A program made the translations under genes and the position numbers. From NCBI GenBank assembly GCA_004431415.1, contig QPMI01000234.1, forward strand, positions 1 through 46,168: a stretch of DNA of 46,168 nt, read 5' to 3'. Shown here in pieces: positions 11,348 to 24,200 of the stretch. Position 1 is the stretch's first letter, and each line of letters begins with the position of its first letter. The DNA comes from Cyanophora paradoxa CCMP329. Lineage: Eukaryota > Plantae > Glaucophyta. Under the pieces are notes generated by a model that did not search any database, was not told where the DNA came from, and was given only the letters and a program-made list of their open reading frames with translations.

Positions 11348-14300
11348 ATGGAAGAGACATCTGCGTCTGCGGGGCCCGCGGCCCTAGGCCTGGCGGCTGG
11401 AGCCGAGTCGGGCCCGAGAGCCGGTCCGTCGAACATGCGGATTCGCGTGCAGGCAAAGTCCGTGCTGGCAGCAGTGCGGGCCACGAACGCGATCAAGCCT
11501 TTGAAGCGCGGCTCGTCCGAGCTCATCGCTCCTCTGGCGGGGGGTGGTACCCGTGGAAACGAGGACGAAGTCCCGCGGTTCTACGACTACGATCTGGACG
11601 CCAACTCGCGCATGCGCGGGGAGAGCCACAGCACTTGGGGCCAGCTCGTGAAGCGTCTGGAGAACATCACCTTCACCATTCTGTGCGCCATCAATGCGAG
11701 GCCCAGGCTCTCTTTAATCTACCCTATTCTCACTCATTCTCGCGTGTACAGATTCTATCTGACAGGTCCGTTCGCAACGAACGAAAATAGCATGCGATCG
11801 ATATTGAACGCGGGCCGGCCTGACGTGCAGATCGCACCGGAAAAGTCGACGGCCCCTTCTCCAGGCACGTCCTCCCGTACCTGTTCATCCTGTACGATTG
11901 TGCGCTTCCGAGTTCGATTCCCACCGGCCGTGGTCGTGGCTGCTCGCATTAATATTATAATTAATGCCGTCGATGGGTGTGCAGTGACGCAGCTCATGAG
12001 TCTCTCCCTCCCCCCCGACTTCCCGCTCTACACGGTTCCCTGGATCTACCACCCCGGGGTGGGCGCCTCCCTCGAAAAACTCAATGATCGCGATCGATCG
12101 ATATCCGGACAAGCGCATGCATGCGAACGCTTCTTTGATTTCTTCCGCCTCTTGACACCTCCGCGCAGAATGCAGAGCTGGAGCTCGCGACCGTGAACCC
12201 CGACGCGATGTTCTGGATCGTGACGGGCCTCGTCGTCGTGCTGTACGCTCTCACCGGCCTCGTCTTCTACATGTCCCTGGTTCGAATTATACTTAATATA
12301 TATTAATATTCGTTCCCCAATCGCGAGCTATATATATCATGCGTGGATTGACCTTGCGATCTGTGACTCCCACAGCGTCAATCAATGCGCGTGACACCTG
12401 TTCGATGGCTGAGGATTTTGGCCCGCCTTCTCGCCGGGGCTGCTTTCGTGCGCCCTTTTTCAATGTTTTCCCGGAATCCGAATAAACCTCGAGTCGCCGA
12501 ATCGATAAATCATGAGCCCGCCTGCCCGATCTTCACTCGGCCGCCTCGGCGGGGGACCATATGCATCCTCCTTCGATTCACGCCGTCCCCCTCATTTCAT
12601 CGACCTGCAGCTGCCTCTAGCTGTATAGGCTTCCAACGCTGTTGCTCTGCAAATCCATCCCTTCGGCGTCGTGATCATGACTCGCGATCGCTTTGTGCAC
12701 AGATCCCGGCGATGCAGATTATTCTTTCGCCCTTTGCCTGCTTTATCGCATCGCGGTCAAACCCCACTGGCTTAATCGCGACATCTGTGAACGGCGCCGT
12801 TGTCTGCTCGGTTTACGAGGTCCGCAATCGCGATTTCGTTCTTCAATAACGCATATTGATGATACGCAGGGAAATATGCGCTTCATTATGTTTATCGTTT
12901 CGACGGCCACGCTCACGATATTTGTGCCGTGCGCCTATTCTCGCGATCGTTATTCGTTTTTCCAATGATCATGATTGCACATCAGGTATTGTCTGCTGTT
13001 TGCTCTGATGTGCGAGGGGCTTTGCATTTGACAACGTCGAGCGTATTTGTCCTGACGTGCCAATCGCGATTTCGACCGCCCGCAGATTCTTCGACAGCAG
13101 TCCCGTGAGCTTCGACGCGGAGGCACGGTATGTTTACGAGCGCAAGCTGGCCGCTGGGCGAGCAAGTTGGCATATATTCAATTTATTGAATTTCGCGCTG
13201 CGTGCAGGCCGCAGGGTCGCATCACCTTCTTGTGTGCTCCTTCCTTGCAATTGCGCCTCCCTTGTTTTGTCGTCTGACCGCGCTTTTAATTCTCGGTCCC
13301 TGAAGCTATGTGGCTGTACAAGTGCAAACTTTGCCTCTACGCTATGCATCGTAGCTGTTCGTCTGTCGCTCACATCGTGAACCCTATTTCTCCGCTCGCA
13401 CGCGCAGACGATAATGATCTTCATGAACGTGTTCATGGGCGCTTCCGTGGTTGCGAAAAATCTTCTCAACTTCATTCTTCTCTTGCTGGTCTTCCTCGCA
13501 ATCACCCTCACGCTTCCGTTCTATTCGTGCGTTCAGCGGGCGGCTCGCGATCGCTATCTAAATGTTTCCTGAACCCACTGCTTACATCGGTAATGTCGAC
13601 GTCCAGCACATTCATGTCTTGTTTCGTACGTTCTTCAACTTGGGGATCTTGGTGAGTTTCGCCTTTCTTCTGACATCAACCCTGCAGCGGTCGGGCGTGT
13701 ATCTTGCGTCCAGCATCTTCGCGATCGCTGTGCTCGGCGCGTGGGGTGCGCCAGCGGACAGCATCGAAACGTATTCCCTCATCGCCCAGGCGCGCTCAAG
13801 CTTACGCGCACGCGCGGGCTATGGCCACCTTTCCAACATTGGCTTGCTGCGCGCAGGTCGTGCTAGTCCCTTCCTTCATCCTCGGTTTCGCTGCGTGCTG
13901 TGCGACTGATTCCGATTGCCGGAGTTGAGCTCGAGCTGGAGCTGAAACGCGCGGAGCGCAGACATCAGAGCTCGCTCCGTGCACAAGCGCGGCGCCGCGA
14001 AGAGAGGCCAGGTGTACAGCGCGCCGACGTCGACCTCCGCGATGCTCGGGCTCCGCGCGGGTCCGGACTCCGGATCCGCAACCGATCTCGCGGGAGCGAA
14101 CGAGCAGCAGCCGGTCCCGGACTCGGCGCTCGAAGCTGGCATCGAGCCTCAGCTTCAGGACATGGCCTTCCCGAGTGGAGCGGACGGGCGCGCCAGGCGG
14201 GGGCAGATGCACTGGCTTCGCAGGAGCCTGCACATAGTTTTGGAGGTCGTCAATCTCACGTTTCTTCTGGAGTGCCAGGTATGCATACATTGAATGTAAA

Positions 14301-17300
14301 TTGCGAGAGCAACCATGCCAATCGCAAGCCTTCTGCGTACACTGCAGTACGAGGTCCGGGCGAGGCTGGCCATTACACGGCTGAAGAGCGTCTCGGAAGC
14401 AGAAGGGATCTTCCGCGAGGGCCTCCAGCACTTCCCTCGCTCGGCCGGCATCCGTATATCCTACGCTCTCTTCGTCCGGCGTGCGTGCTTCCGAAATATT
14501 CTTCAAACACTGCCGCGGCCTTCCTGCTTAACAGAGGCTTCGAATTCCGTCGTGATCGTGACCAGATTTCAAGGGGGATGTGGTCGGGGCTGCGGCCAGG
14601 CTGCGAGGGGCGGCGGATGCCTGCAATCCGGCATTCGACCAACGCTACCTCGTGCGCTCTTCGAGCTAACATATTTAAATCTCTAGCCAGGTCGTGTCGA
14701 TTGATCGCCTCCGCCTCCGAAGATCTTCGAGAAGCAGCGCCTGTGGGATCAGCTGGCACACGGAACTCAGGTGCACGTCTCCAGAGGAGTCTTCTCGAGG
14801 CCCCTGGGCCTCTCCTTTCCTCAGCCAACAGGCCGTTGGATGGATCGCAGATCGGGCAGACGATGAACAGCCTTTCCCTCCTGGAATTCGAACAAGTATT
14901 TTCCGCTGCGAAGTCGAAGCACGCTGAGGCCCTGAAGCTCATCAAGGTGCCGTGTGCCGTCAACGTTCGATTCACTCTCCTCTGCGCAGCCTGTAGCTGC
15001 AGCTATTGAAGTGGAAAGTTAACTTACGATAATTACTGCGATCTCATTCAAATCTCGCAGCAATTCTGGAATGGTGTGTGCCAGAAAGAGAACAAGAAAT
15101 TCATCATTGGGGCGAGCCACTATCTCGAGAAGGTTTCGGCCGCGTCACGTGCTGCCCAGAGCTCTTACGAAGCGTGAGCTAGCAACTGCGGTCGCGATTT
15201 CCACCTGCTATTCTTGCGAGACTGCTGATGGATCTGGCGCTGCGCAGGCTTATGCGCAAGTTTAAGAACAGCAAGCTGGTGCTGCGAACGTACGCGGACT
15301 TTTGCCGGTCGGTCCTCAACGAGCCAGAGAAAGCCGCAGCGCTGTACCTTCGCGCGGTGATCATGATTGCATTGGATTTGCGTGTGTGAAGGTTGTCGCG
15401 ATCTTCGGATGGCTTAGCCGGCGCCGCGCGCAGGATGAGTTGGAGGAGGCGGAGTCGAGAAAGGAGCAAGGGCTCGAGGAGGAGGAGGACCACGCCAGGG
15501 GGGCCACGAGCGAGGACGGGAGCAGCGAGGCGGGCGGCAACGGGTCCTCCTCGCACGTCGAGAGCCGAATCACAGCCAAGCAGCGCAAGAACGCGTTTTC
15601 CCAGGTTCTCTTTGCGCGATGCGTTTCGCAGTCTGGCTTGATCGAAAAGCTGATCGTGAACGCGCGAAACAGATTATAAGCAACGACGGGCAGCTGCGAG
15701 CGGTGAGGCGGCTCCATCTTGGCGTCACGGTCGGCATTCTGGCCCTCGGAGTCCTGGTCGTCGGCGGATACTGCGGCTCCCGGGTCCTAATCGACAACAT
15801 GAATATGGGTTAGCTTCGGGGTCCCTGATCAATTTATAAGCTCATCTTCACTCCGTCGGGGCCATTTCTGCGGCCTATAGAAACACCGAAAAGCTTATTG
15901 CGACGCCCTTGTGCAGGCCTGAACCGATTGAACGAACTCATTTCGAGCGCGCGCTTCTTTGCGTCCGCGTCGGACTTTTCGCGGGGGGCATACCTCACCG
16001 CACTCGAAGGAAACATCGAGAACTGGAAGTTTCAGGTGCTTTGAGATGGAGCGCTATCGTTGCGAGCACGACATACATGTGCTCACTGCCGCGGGACGAC
16101 GACAGACGCAGAAGATTCGGGAGCGCGCTCTGGCCGCGCGGCAGGCGCTCAAGTCCCTGTACCTTGGCGGCATCGGCCTCATCTCAGGCGGCATCACAAC
16201 TCCCAGCAGCAGCCCCTCAGTCCAGGTTCCGAATTCTCTATATCTATGATTCTGCGATTTCAAACCCGTCGAAGTGCGTTGCGAGGGAGATTTCGCTAAT
16301 ATTTCCGCGATCAGGCTGTTTGGAACGAGCCCTGGATCGAGTACAAGCTCTTTCTTCCGGTGCTCAAGAGTTTTAAAAGAGTGCATCTGATCCTCATTTA
16401 ATTTGTATGCAGGGGAGAAACGGGGATCCCGACACGATATACAAAGACAAGGGAGGTCTTTGGGATCTCTCACAGACATTCCTCAGTCGCGCCCTGGTGC
16501 TCTTTGCTAGAGCGCTTGCGTTTCGCACCTGTAACTTCGCATGTCATTTCTTGACCCGGCCCATCGCTCTGTGCATTTGCAGGATTACGCGAATCAGAAT
16601 ATCTCTGAACATCTGCTCTCTAAAAGAGACAAGTCCTTCCGATTCGTGCAGGTATATTTAATTTACGTTTCATGATCCTGTCCTTCCAATTCATGCCGCT
16701 AACGTGAACGTTCTTCATCATGATCATGACAGGATGTCGGTATCAGCAGCGTCGTCCCTGGGATCTGGCGTCTCGCGGTGGTCTTTGAAGAGGAGGCAAG
16801 TGATTAAACGTGGCCATACTATGACATATATGCTTTAGAATCGCATTCTTTCTCACTCCAAAGCAGATTTTCGAACAACAAGGTCTCATACTAACGTTGA
16901 ACGGCGCCTTCTTCGCGGCGATTTGCTTCACGATTCTGACTCTCATTTTCTTGGTGGTGCGCTGCATCTGCGTTAAGACTGGCACATGGGAACAACTGCA
17001 GCTGACATGACCTTTGCTGCAGCTCCGCCCCGCTATTATGCGTGTCAAACGGACGAAATCGGGCGTATCCGATATTCTGCAGCACATTCCTAGGAAGGGT
17101 ACGAGGCTCTTCTTCGTGCTTCAATTGCAACTGCCATGCACATGGCCGACACGCGCATTGCCGCCCTTTCTCTGATTCGCAGCCCTGCGACGTGTGGCAA
17201 AGCACTACAGCAGAATGCGGGCTCCCGGCGAGGAAGAAACTGACGAGGAGGACGAGAAGAACGACGACGATGAGCGTGGAGCTGCAGAGGGCGGAGACGG

Positions 17301-20300
17301 CGCGGCGGGCGATGCGGACGGCGCGCGGAAGGCCCCGTACACCGCGCGAACAAACAGGAGCATCCGCAGTAAGCTCCAGCTCGCGACTCCAGCGAGATCG
17401 AGCCACTTATATGGATAACGCTCGTTCTATTCTTGCAGGGACACGTCGGAGCCAGAAAAAGGGGGACGTCTCCTCTGGAAGCGAGGAGACCGAGCGCGAT
17501 CGCGAAATGGCCACTGGGAAGTCGACCGCGGCATTAACGGCTGAAAGTCTTCGCTCCTTCAAGGTGATAGATCTGTATTGCGAACTTCGGTCTGCATCTT
17601 CCTTTTTCAAACTTGTTCGCAGATCGCCCCGGAGCCGTTGTCGGCGCGAGGCGGCGAAGGTAAGGCCGAGGCGCGCCCGAACTTCCCGTCGACCGGAGAT
17701 CGAGTCGAGTCGAATCATTTACATTCGACGCCCGCGGCAAATGGGCTCGGAGGGATGACGAAGCTAGCCGCGCGGGCTCCCACACAGAGCACTACGTACA
17801 CTGGCGAGCGATGCTTATATTGGCTTCGGCATTTTAGAAGCCGCGCTGACACGATCGATACCACGATTTCTAGGCGGTGTTCTGACAACTCCAAGCGACG
17901 CCGACGCGGATGGCGGTGTCGACGATCGCGAGCTCGTGATCAACTCGGACGATCGCGAGGACACGCGCGCTCTGGCGTCCGACGAGAGGAAGCCTTCCGC
18001 ACGAGCTGTGGTGCATGTCGGCCCTGACGCCCGCACACGCACGGACGCATTCGAGGCTGTCAAAGTGGAGCCGTTTTCATCCGAGCCGCGCACGTTCTCC
18101 ATGCCGCCTTCGTTTTCGGGGAGCGTTGATGTCGACATCAAGCCGGCCCCTCGGCCGCCCGTGCTCCAGCTCTTCGACCTGGATACTGTTCCCGGATTCG
18201 AACCCCATCCGAAGGATAGCGGCCGGATGGCGCAACTGCAAGACATGCAAGGTCCATCCGCAGCCGCTAGCATTTTGCGCCGCAGGGGACACGGGCATTC
18301 TCTAGACAGAAAGCATTCAGCAGCAGCAGGCAATGTCTACACGATCAGCCAAGCGGCAGTTGCGGGCGGTGCCAACGGAGGCGGGGCCGTCGTCCGCTTG
18401 CTTGCTGAGCGCGATCCGGACGAAGAGACCACACGCAGCGGTGGCGGATCCGATCGATATCGCGAGCCAGCTGCAGCTGCTGGAGCGTCGCGCGCGAGCG
18501 ACCAGAAGGCCACAACCGCACACAACATTCACAGCGAAGCGGCCAGCGATCACTCCGAGATTATCTTCCAGGTATGCCCCCAGCACAGCTTCTGTTCGTG
18601 ATCCGGCGGTTGTGCAGTTCCGAGTGCCCTAAATTTAAACTTGCAGAAAATGACCTTGCGGTACTTGGTGGCCTTCGCGATTCTGGTGTGCGTCGCGGCC
18701 ATCGCACTCGTTTCGACCTTTCTCATCGTCGACCGCACTGCCAAGGCGCGCTTATCCCACGCTGCAGCCGACTGGCGACTCTATAGCTAGATAGGGACTG
18801 CGCATGCATGAATTGTCGCACCCTGATCATGAGTCTGGTTTCAGGGTGCGACGGTTCTGGAGTACGGAGGGCGGCGCCGGTTCCTCGTCCGGGTGCTGTC
18901 TTTTATCGGCCGCGAAATTTACCTCGGTGTGTATGTATCCCTTTTACGCCGGCTTCTTTAATTACTGGATGCTCACTGACATCGACTCCCCAGATGACGT
19001 GCGTTGCCGACTGCGCGAGCGCGGTTTGTTCGCGCGGCACTGTGCGCGGCTCGACTGACCCTGGCCTCCTGTGAACGTTAACCAGGGCGCCCGCGGCTCC
19101 AAGGCCGAGAACGTGGAGCTCTTCTGGAAGACGCTGCAGGAGGTCAAGTACCTCCACATGTAAGTCCGATTGCGACGCCGCCCTCGAGAGCTAGCCTCGC
19201 ACCTGTCGGCGCCTTGCAGCGCTGACCGCGGCGCCTCGCGATCGCATTTGCTGTTGACAACATGAAGGGCATTGAAGTACGGAGATCCGAACGCCAAGCC
19301 GAGGTGAGGCCGGATTAGTCGCTTCGCGAATTGCATTCCACCCGACTGATCATGATTCCCACCGTGGTACCAACCACTGACTTCTCTCTCTCCGGCCCGC
19401 CGCAGGAAGCTGGAGAACTTCTATGCGACACGCCCAGAGCAGATGCGGCTGATGTACGACGCGAACGTGTGCCTGATGCACACCGAGCAGTGCACGCCCG
19501 AGAGGGTGCTTCCGTTGACGTTTTCTACCAAACTCGTTATTTCCGCGAGCCTTCGCCAAACGCTCATCGCCGCGTCCTCGGATTTCAGCTTGGGTACCTG
19601 GCGCCCGAAGTCAATCAGGGACTGGATTTCGCAATGGCGCAGTACCTCGGATTTGCGATGGAGATTCTCAAGGCGCGTGTAATAATATAACGTAACCAAG
19701 CGCGCGCGCATCCGCTAGCCTCGACCAGCAAAATTCTATTATATATACCAATTCGGATTGTGTCTTTGGATCTCTTACGATTCGCAAGCAGGAAAACCAA
19801 TTTCTGGCGCCGGACGGCCAGCGGAACGCGGAGGCGCCCTACTGGGCGGACCCGACCCCGAAGTTCTACTCGGGGCGACTCGGGCCGAGCGAGGTCAGAA
19901 ATCACGCCCGCTCCCGCGGCACGCGGTCCGATGCGACATCCAATGCTCGACTAACCCCGGCCCAGCACAAGTGCTGCGCGACGTATTGGAATTCACAGCC
20001 CAATTCTGTGGCCATGCGAACCCTGTACGACATGCAGGTCAGCACTTATCATCGCCCGCATGCATTATAGGGCTTCTTCACGAGTTCAGATGAGAGTTAT
20101 CTGACCGAAACGTCCTCAGGACTTCGTTGGGGAGGGCACCGACCAGTCGCTCTGGACGTTCGGACGGGTGCGCGATTCCTCGCGAACGCGATCGATTCCA
20201 GCTTTTAAATGAAGGCATCAAGCTTCTTTAAAGCCGTAAATCGAAGTAAAACTTCAATCAATGTGTAATCTCCGCTCAGAACACGGGGGAGGACCTCGCC

Positions 20301-20827
20301 CTCGCGCTTGTCGTCATTGTGCGCGTTGGATTCCCTTGCACCCTTGCACGAACCGGCCAAGCATGTGCACGTAGCTGGGCGCTGCAGCTGACAGCCCGCT
20401 CGCGCTCGCGCGCAGGCCGCCGTCCTCGCCGTGCAGCTCACCGCCCTGCTGCTCGTGTACATCCTCGTCTTCAGACCCATGTGCGTCCTCACGCAGGACC
20501 GATCTAACTAAAATACAAAGCACACAGCGCTTAAGTCTCATTCTGAGTAATTTAATTCATCCAAGCGTTGAATTTGGCTGGCTTCGAGTTCGAGTTTCTG
20601 ATCCATGTACATCGATATCGACGCGCAGCATTCAGCAGCTCAAGGACGAGTGTGGGCGCGCCACCGAGCTCATCCGTGCGTTCCTCTGTCGCTCACCCGC
20701 CGCCGCGTTGATTTGGTGATTATCGTACGCTCACGGATGCATCTGCGCAGACATGATTCCTCGAGAGCTCCTGCCGATGCTTCAACCCCTGCACAAGTTC
20801 TTCGCATCCGCCGATAACCAGAGCTAG
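11348..20827 (+). CDS. TmcB/TmcC (tiny macrocysts)-like multi-pass membrane protein with TPR-like region; many small exons; no PAS domain seen
   Basis: Spliced segments: LENITFTIL, PVRWLRILARLLAGAAF|IP, LTLPFY, AEGIFREGLQHFPRSAGIRISYALF, LLEFEQVFSAAKSKHAEALKLIK, SKLVLRTYADFCRSVLNEPEKAAALYLRA|DELEE, further hydrophobic pairs, and C-terminal LLVYILVFRPM|IQQLKDECGRATELI|HMIPRELL...NQS*. This layout matches what I recall of the algal/amoebozoan TmcB family. Confidence 0.8.
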
Positions 20828-21141
20828 CGCTTATCTCAAGATTTTCGTTTGGGGAACTTAAGAACAGCTTAACGGTCTTTTGTGTATAGATTATGTATTG
20901 TCTTTTCTTCGAATTCTATCGTCTTTTCTTCGAATTCCGAGCACCAGTAAACGTAGTCATCAGAAATTTCAGCTTGCAGAAAACATTTGCAGTCTCTAGC
21001 TAGTACTAGTAATTTTCATGAGCTTAAAGGTCGCGGTCGATTTCACATTCTTACAGATCGATAGAGCGGCTTAATAGAGTATATATAGGAACGAGTCCGG
21101 CAAATTGAAGTACTCGAGCACTAGTACTCGCGTCCTCCACA

Positions 21142-21147
21142 TTTATT
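21142..21147 (-). promoter_or_regulatory. Candidate AATAAA polyadenylation signal of the RBR gene
   Basis: TTTATT on +, ~145 nt past the stop codon. Confidence 0.4.
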
Positions 21148-21289
21148 TGCGCGTGGACAGGGCTGCCTCGGCGCAGCACGGGGCTGGCTTCCTATTCGAT
21201 TTGGCATCAGCATGAACCGCGCCATTCACACGATATTAATCGAGCGACATGTTCGCGATATATCAATTTAAACATATGCATGCATCGCT

Positions 21290-24200
21290 TTAATCGACCG
21301 CGAGCAGGTCCGCCTCCGTCGCGATGCCGCCGTGGGCCGCCCGCAGGTGCTCGTAGACAGTGTCCGCCCCAAACTCCTGCGTCCGAAACGCGGCCGTGAG
21401 CCCGGAGCGGAGCAGAAGGCACGAGCAGAGGATTGGAGGGGCGGGCCTTGACGCAGAGCCAGCAGAAGTGGGCCTTGCAGCGCGCGCAGGTCATGTGGTT
21501 GCACCTGCGCATATGCGCGCTGGCTTCAGCAATTGCAACGGACGATGGTCGCGAGTTCGAGGCCGAGCGCGCCCCATGCTCTTCTGGATGGGCGCCTTGC
21601 AGCGGGGGCAGGGCTTCGTGTTGGCGCGGAGCCAGCTCTCGTGGACGGGGTCCACCAGGCCGTCCCGCTGGAACTCGGCGCAGGTGCGGCCGCCGTGCCA
21701 CGGCATTTTGCACTGCACGCAGTACGACTGCCGCCGCCTCAGAATCAGCGAGCGCCACGTTTTCAATGATATCGATATCGATCGAGGCCTTAAGCTTGCC
21801 TTCGTGCACACGTCGCAGTCGAAGCGGCCGGATCCGGAGCCGCTCTCAGACGGGGCGCGGCACACCTGCGTCACACAATGCAAACAGCGCAGACGTAAAT
21901 TCAAAGTAACAAAGTCGGCGTCTGGTCCTCGTTATTCGCACCTGGGGGCAGTCCGGGGAGAGGCACGGGGCCCACTCTTGCGCGCGCCGCTCGATGAAGG
22001 CGCGGAAGGCCGCCCCGTACATCGCCTCCAGCTGCAGGGAGATCAGTTCTAAAAGCAGTTCTAAAACCCCCGCCCGCCGCCCTCCGCGCGCGCCTTCTCG
22101 TTGGCGAGCAGCTGCGCAAAGTCGCGGAGGGAGATGGGCCGCCCGCAGCCGCCGGCGAAGCACGCGACGGGGAGGGCGTTCGACGCGGCGGCGGTCTGCA
22201 GGTGCCCGCGCAGGCACTCGCGGCAGTAGGCGTGCCCGCAGATCGCCAGCGCGTACGCCGGCGCCTCCGCGTCGCACAGGCACACGGGGCACTCTTGCGC
22301 GACCGCTGCCGACCCGGCGGCACCGGAGGTCGCGGCGCCGGTCAGGAAAAGGGCGGCAGCGGCCTGCGCCGCCCCGCCGGCCTCCATGCCGCGAGCCAGC
22401 TCCTCCCGAACCTGAGCATGAGCATGTGTGCATGCCCCAGCACGAAAACGTGAGCGAAATTCGACGATTTGTAATTCTCGATGCCTTGGCACGCGCGCGC
22501 ACTCTGCCCTTGAGAGCTTCGATGGCCTCCGCCGTTCCCTCCGCGCGCAGGGCGCGGGTCGCCCCCCCGTCGACGGACAGCGACTCGACCCCGGACTGCT
22601 CCCGCAGCTTCTCCAGCAGCTGCCGTACGCGTGCGGCGTCGCGCTTCGGTGAGCGCAGGTAATTTCATAGCCATATACATATACTAGTGCTCGCCTCGCC
22701 GCCGCCGCGGATGAGGACGCGGAGGCCGAGCCCCAGCGGGATCTCCTCCGCCCTCCGCGACGTCGATTTGGCCTGCGACACATGTGCGCGTCGACCCGGC
22801 TCTGAGAAATGAGAGGAGCTCGAGTGTGGGGCAGGGCGGACCTGCAGCTGCGCAAGCACGCGCGCGTGTATGGCCGCCGCGGTCGCCTCGCAGGCAGTGT
22901 CGTCACCCGCGAAAATGCGGACCCTGAAATGTGCAACGCGCACATCAAAATCCGAAGTATGATTAATCAGTTGCCACCGGCGAGGGCGCGCCTCTGCACT
23001 GGCGTCCTCTCCCAGCGGACGTGCACGGGCGTCTTGCGGCGAGCAGCGATGTGCGCCTCCACCTGCACATGCGGTGAACTTAGAATTGTAAATTTACTGC
23101 GAGGGGCTTTTGCACAAATAGCCCGCACCGACTGGAGGAAGGCTTTCCCGGTCGGGGAGAGGAGGGCGGCGAGGGCGGCGGAGGGGTCCACGCCGGCGCC
23201 GGGGGGCGGCTCGTACACGCGCCCCGCGCAGATGTGCTCCAGCTCCCTCCGCACAGCCGACACCCGCGTCCTGCAGAGGCGCAAGCTCTAGATCTGTAAA
23301 TTGCAATCTCTGGCCTCTCTGGAAGGAAGAGGGCGCGCATATCATCTCCTACAAGCTTGATCACTGCCGTCGAAACCTTCTCCTTGATCGCGACCTAAGT
23401 GCGCTTTCATTCAGCGAAATACTGATCATGATCATGAGGAATCGAACTCGGCTGGGTGCGCACTAAAACTCCTGGAATCCGCTGGGAGATCGAAGCGACG
23501 CAGGACGCTATGCGGGCCTGGTCGAGACCGGCGTCACGTGTACGACCCAGTGCACGTGTGCATGCGCGCAAACCGCATGGATTTCGAACTAGTACTAGTG
23601 GCCCGGCCGCGTTTTGGCGCGCCGGGGGTGCAAGGGGGGAATCTGGATCTAATGAAAGAGTAGTAGTGGATTGAACATGCACGGGGCAGATATAGATCGA
23701 CCCCGGCCCAGCGCGCGCGGCAGGTTGAAGTAGACAGAGATTATATATGATTGTAAAGAGTAGGAAAGGGCTGTTATGCAGAGGCTGCGATCTAACCGAA
23801 TAAAGAAAAGACTGCACGCAATGATCTCGCTTACTCACTGTTCACGCGCTGCAGCTGCACATGCGCCGCTCTTTGTTATTCGCAACTCGAATGCTCGCGA
23901 TCGGTTTGCCGCTGGTGCGCTCGCAAGAGCTGGTCAGCTCGCAAGACCGCCCGGCGCGAAGGGACAGCGGCCGGGGCGCCAACGAGGTCGGCGCAGCGAT
24001 ACGGCTGCGACCAGAGGCTGGACCGCGAGGAAAAGCTACGCGGTACGGGCCAATGCGGCCCACGGGCTGCGCGTGCTTCGGTGCACGTGCTGCGGTTCAA
24101 GCTTGATGCAGTCAAAAGTAGATCAGGCGGCACGGGTACCGTGCGGCGTACGCGGCGCACTGCGAGGAAGTGGAAATCCAGAGGAGATCGAGCAAGACAG

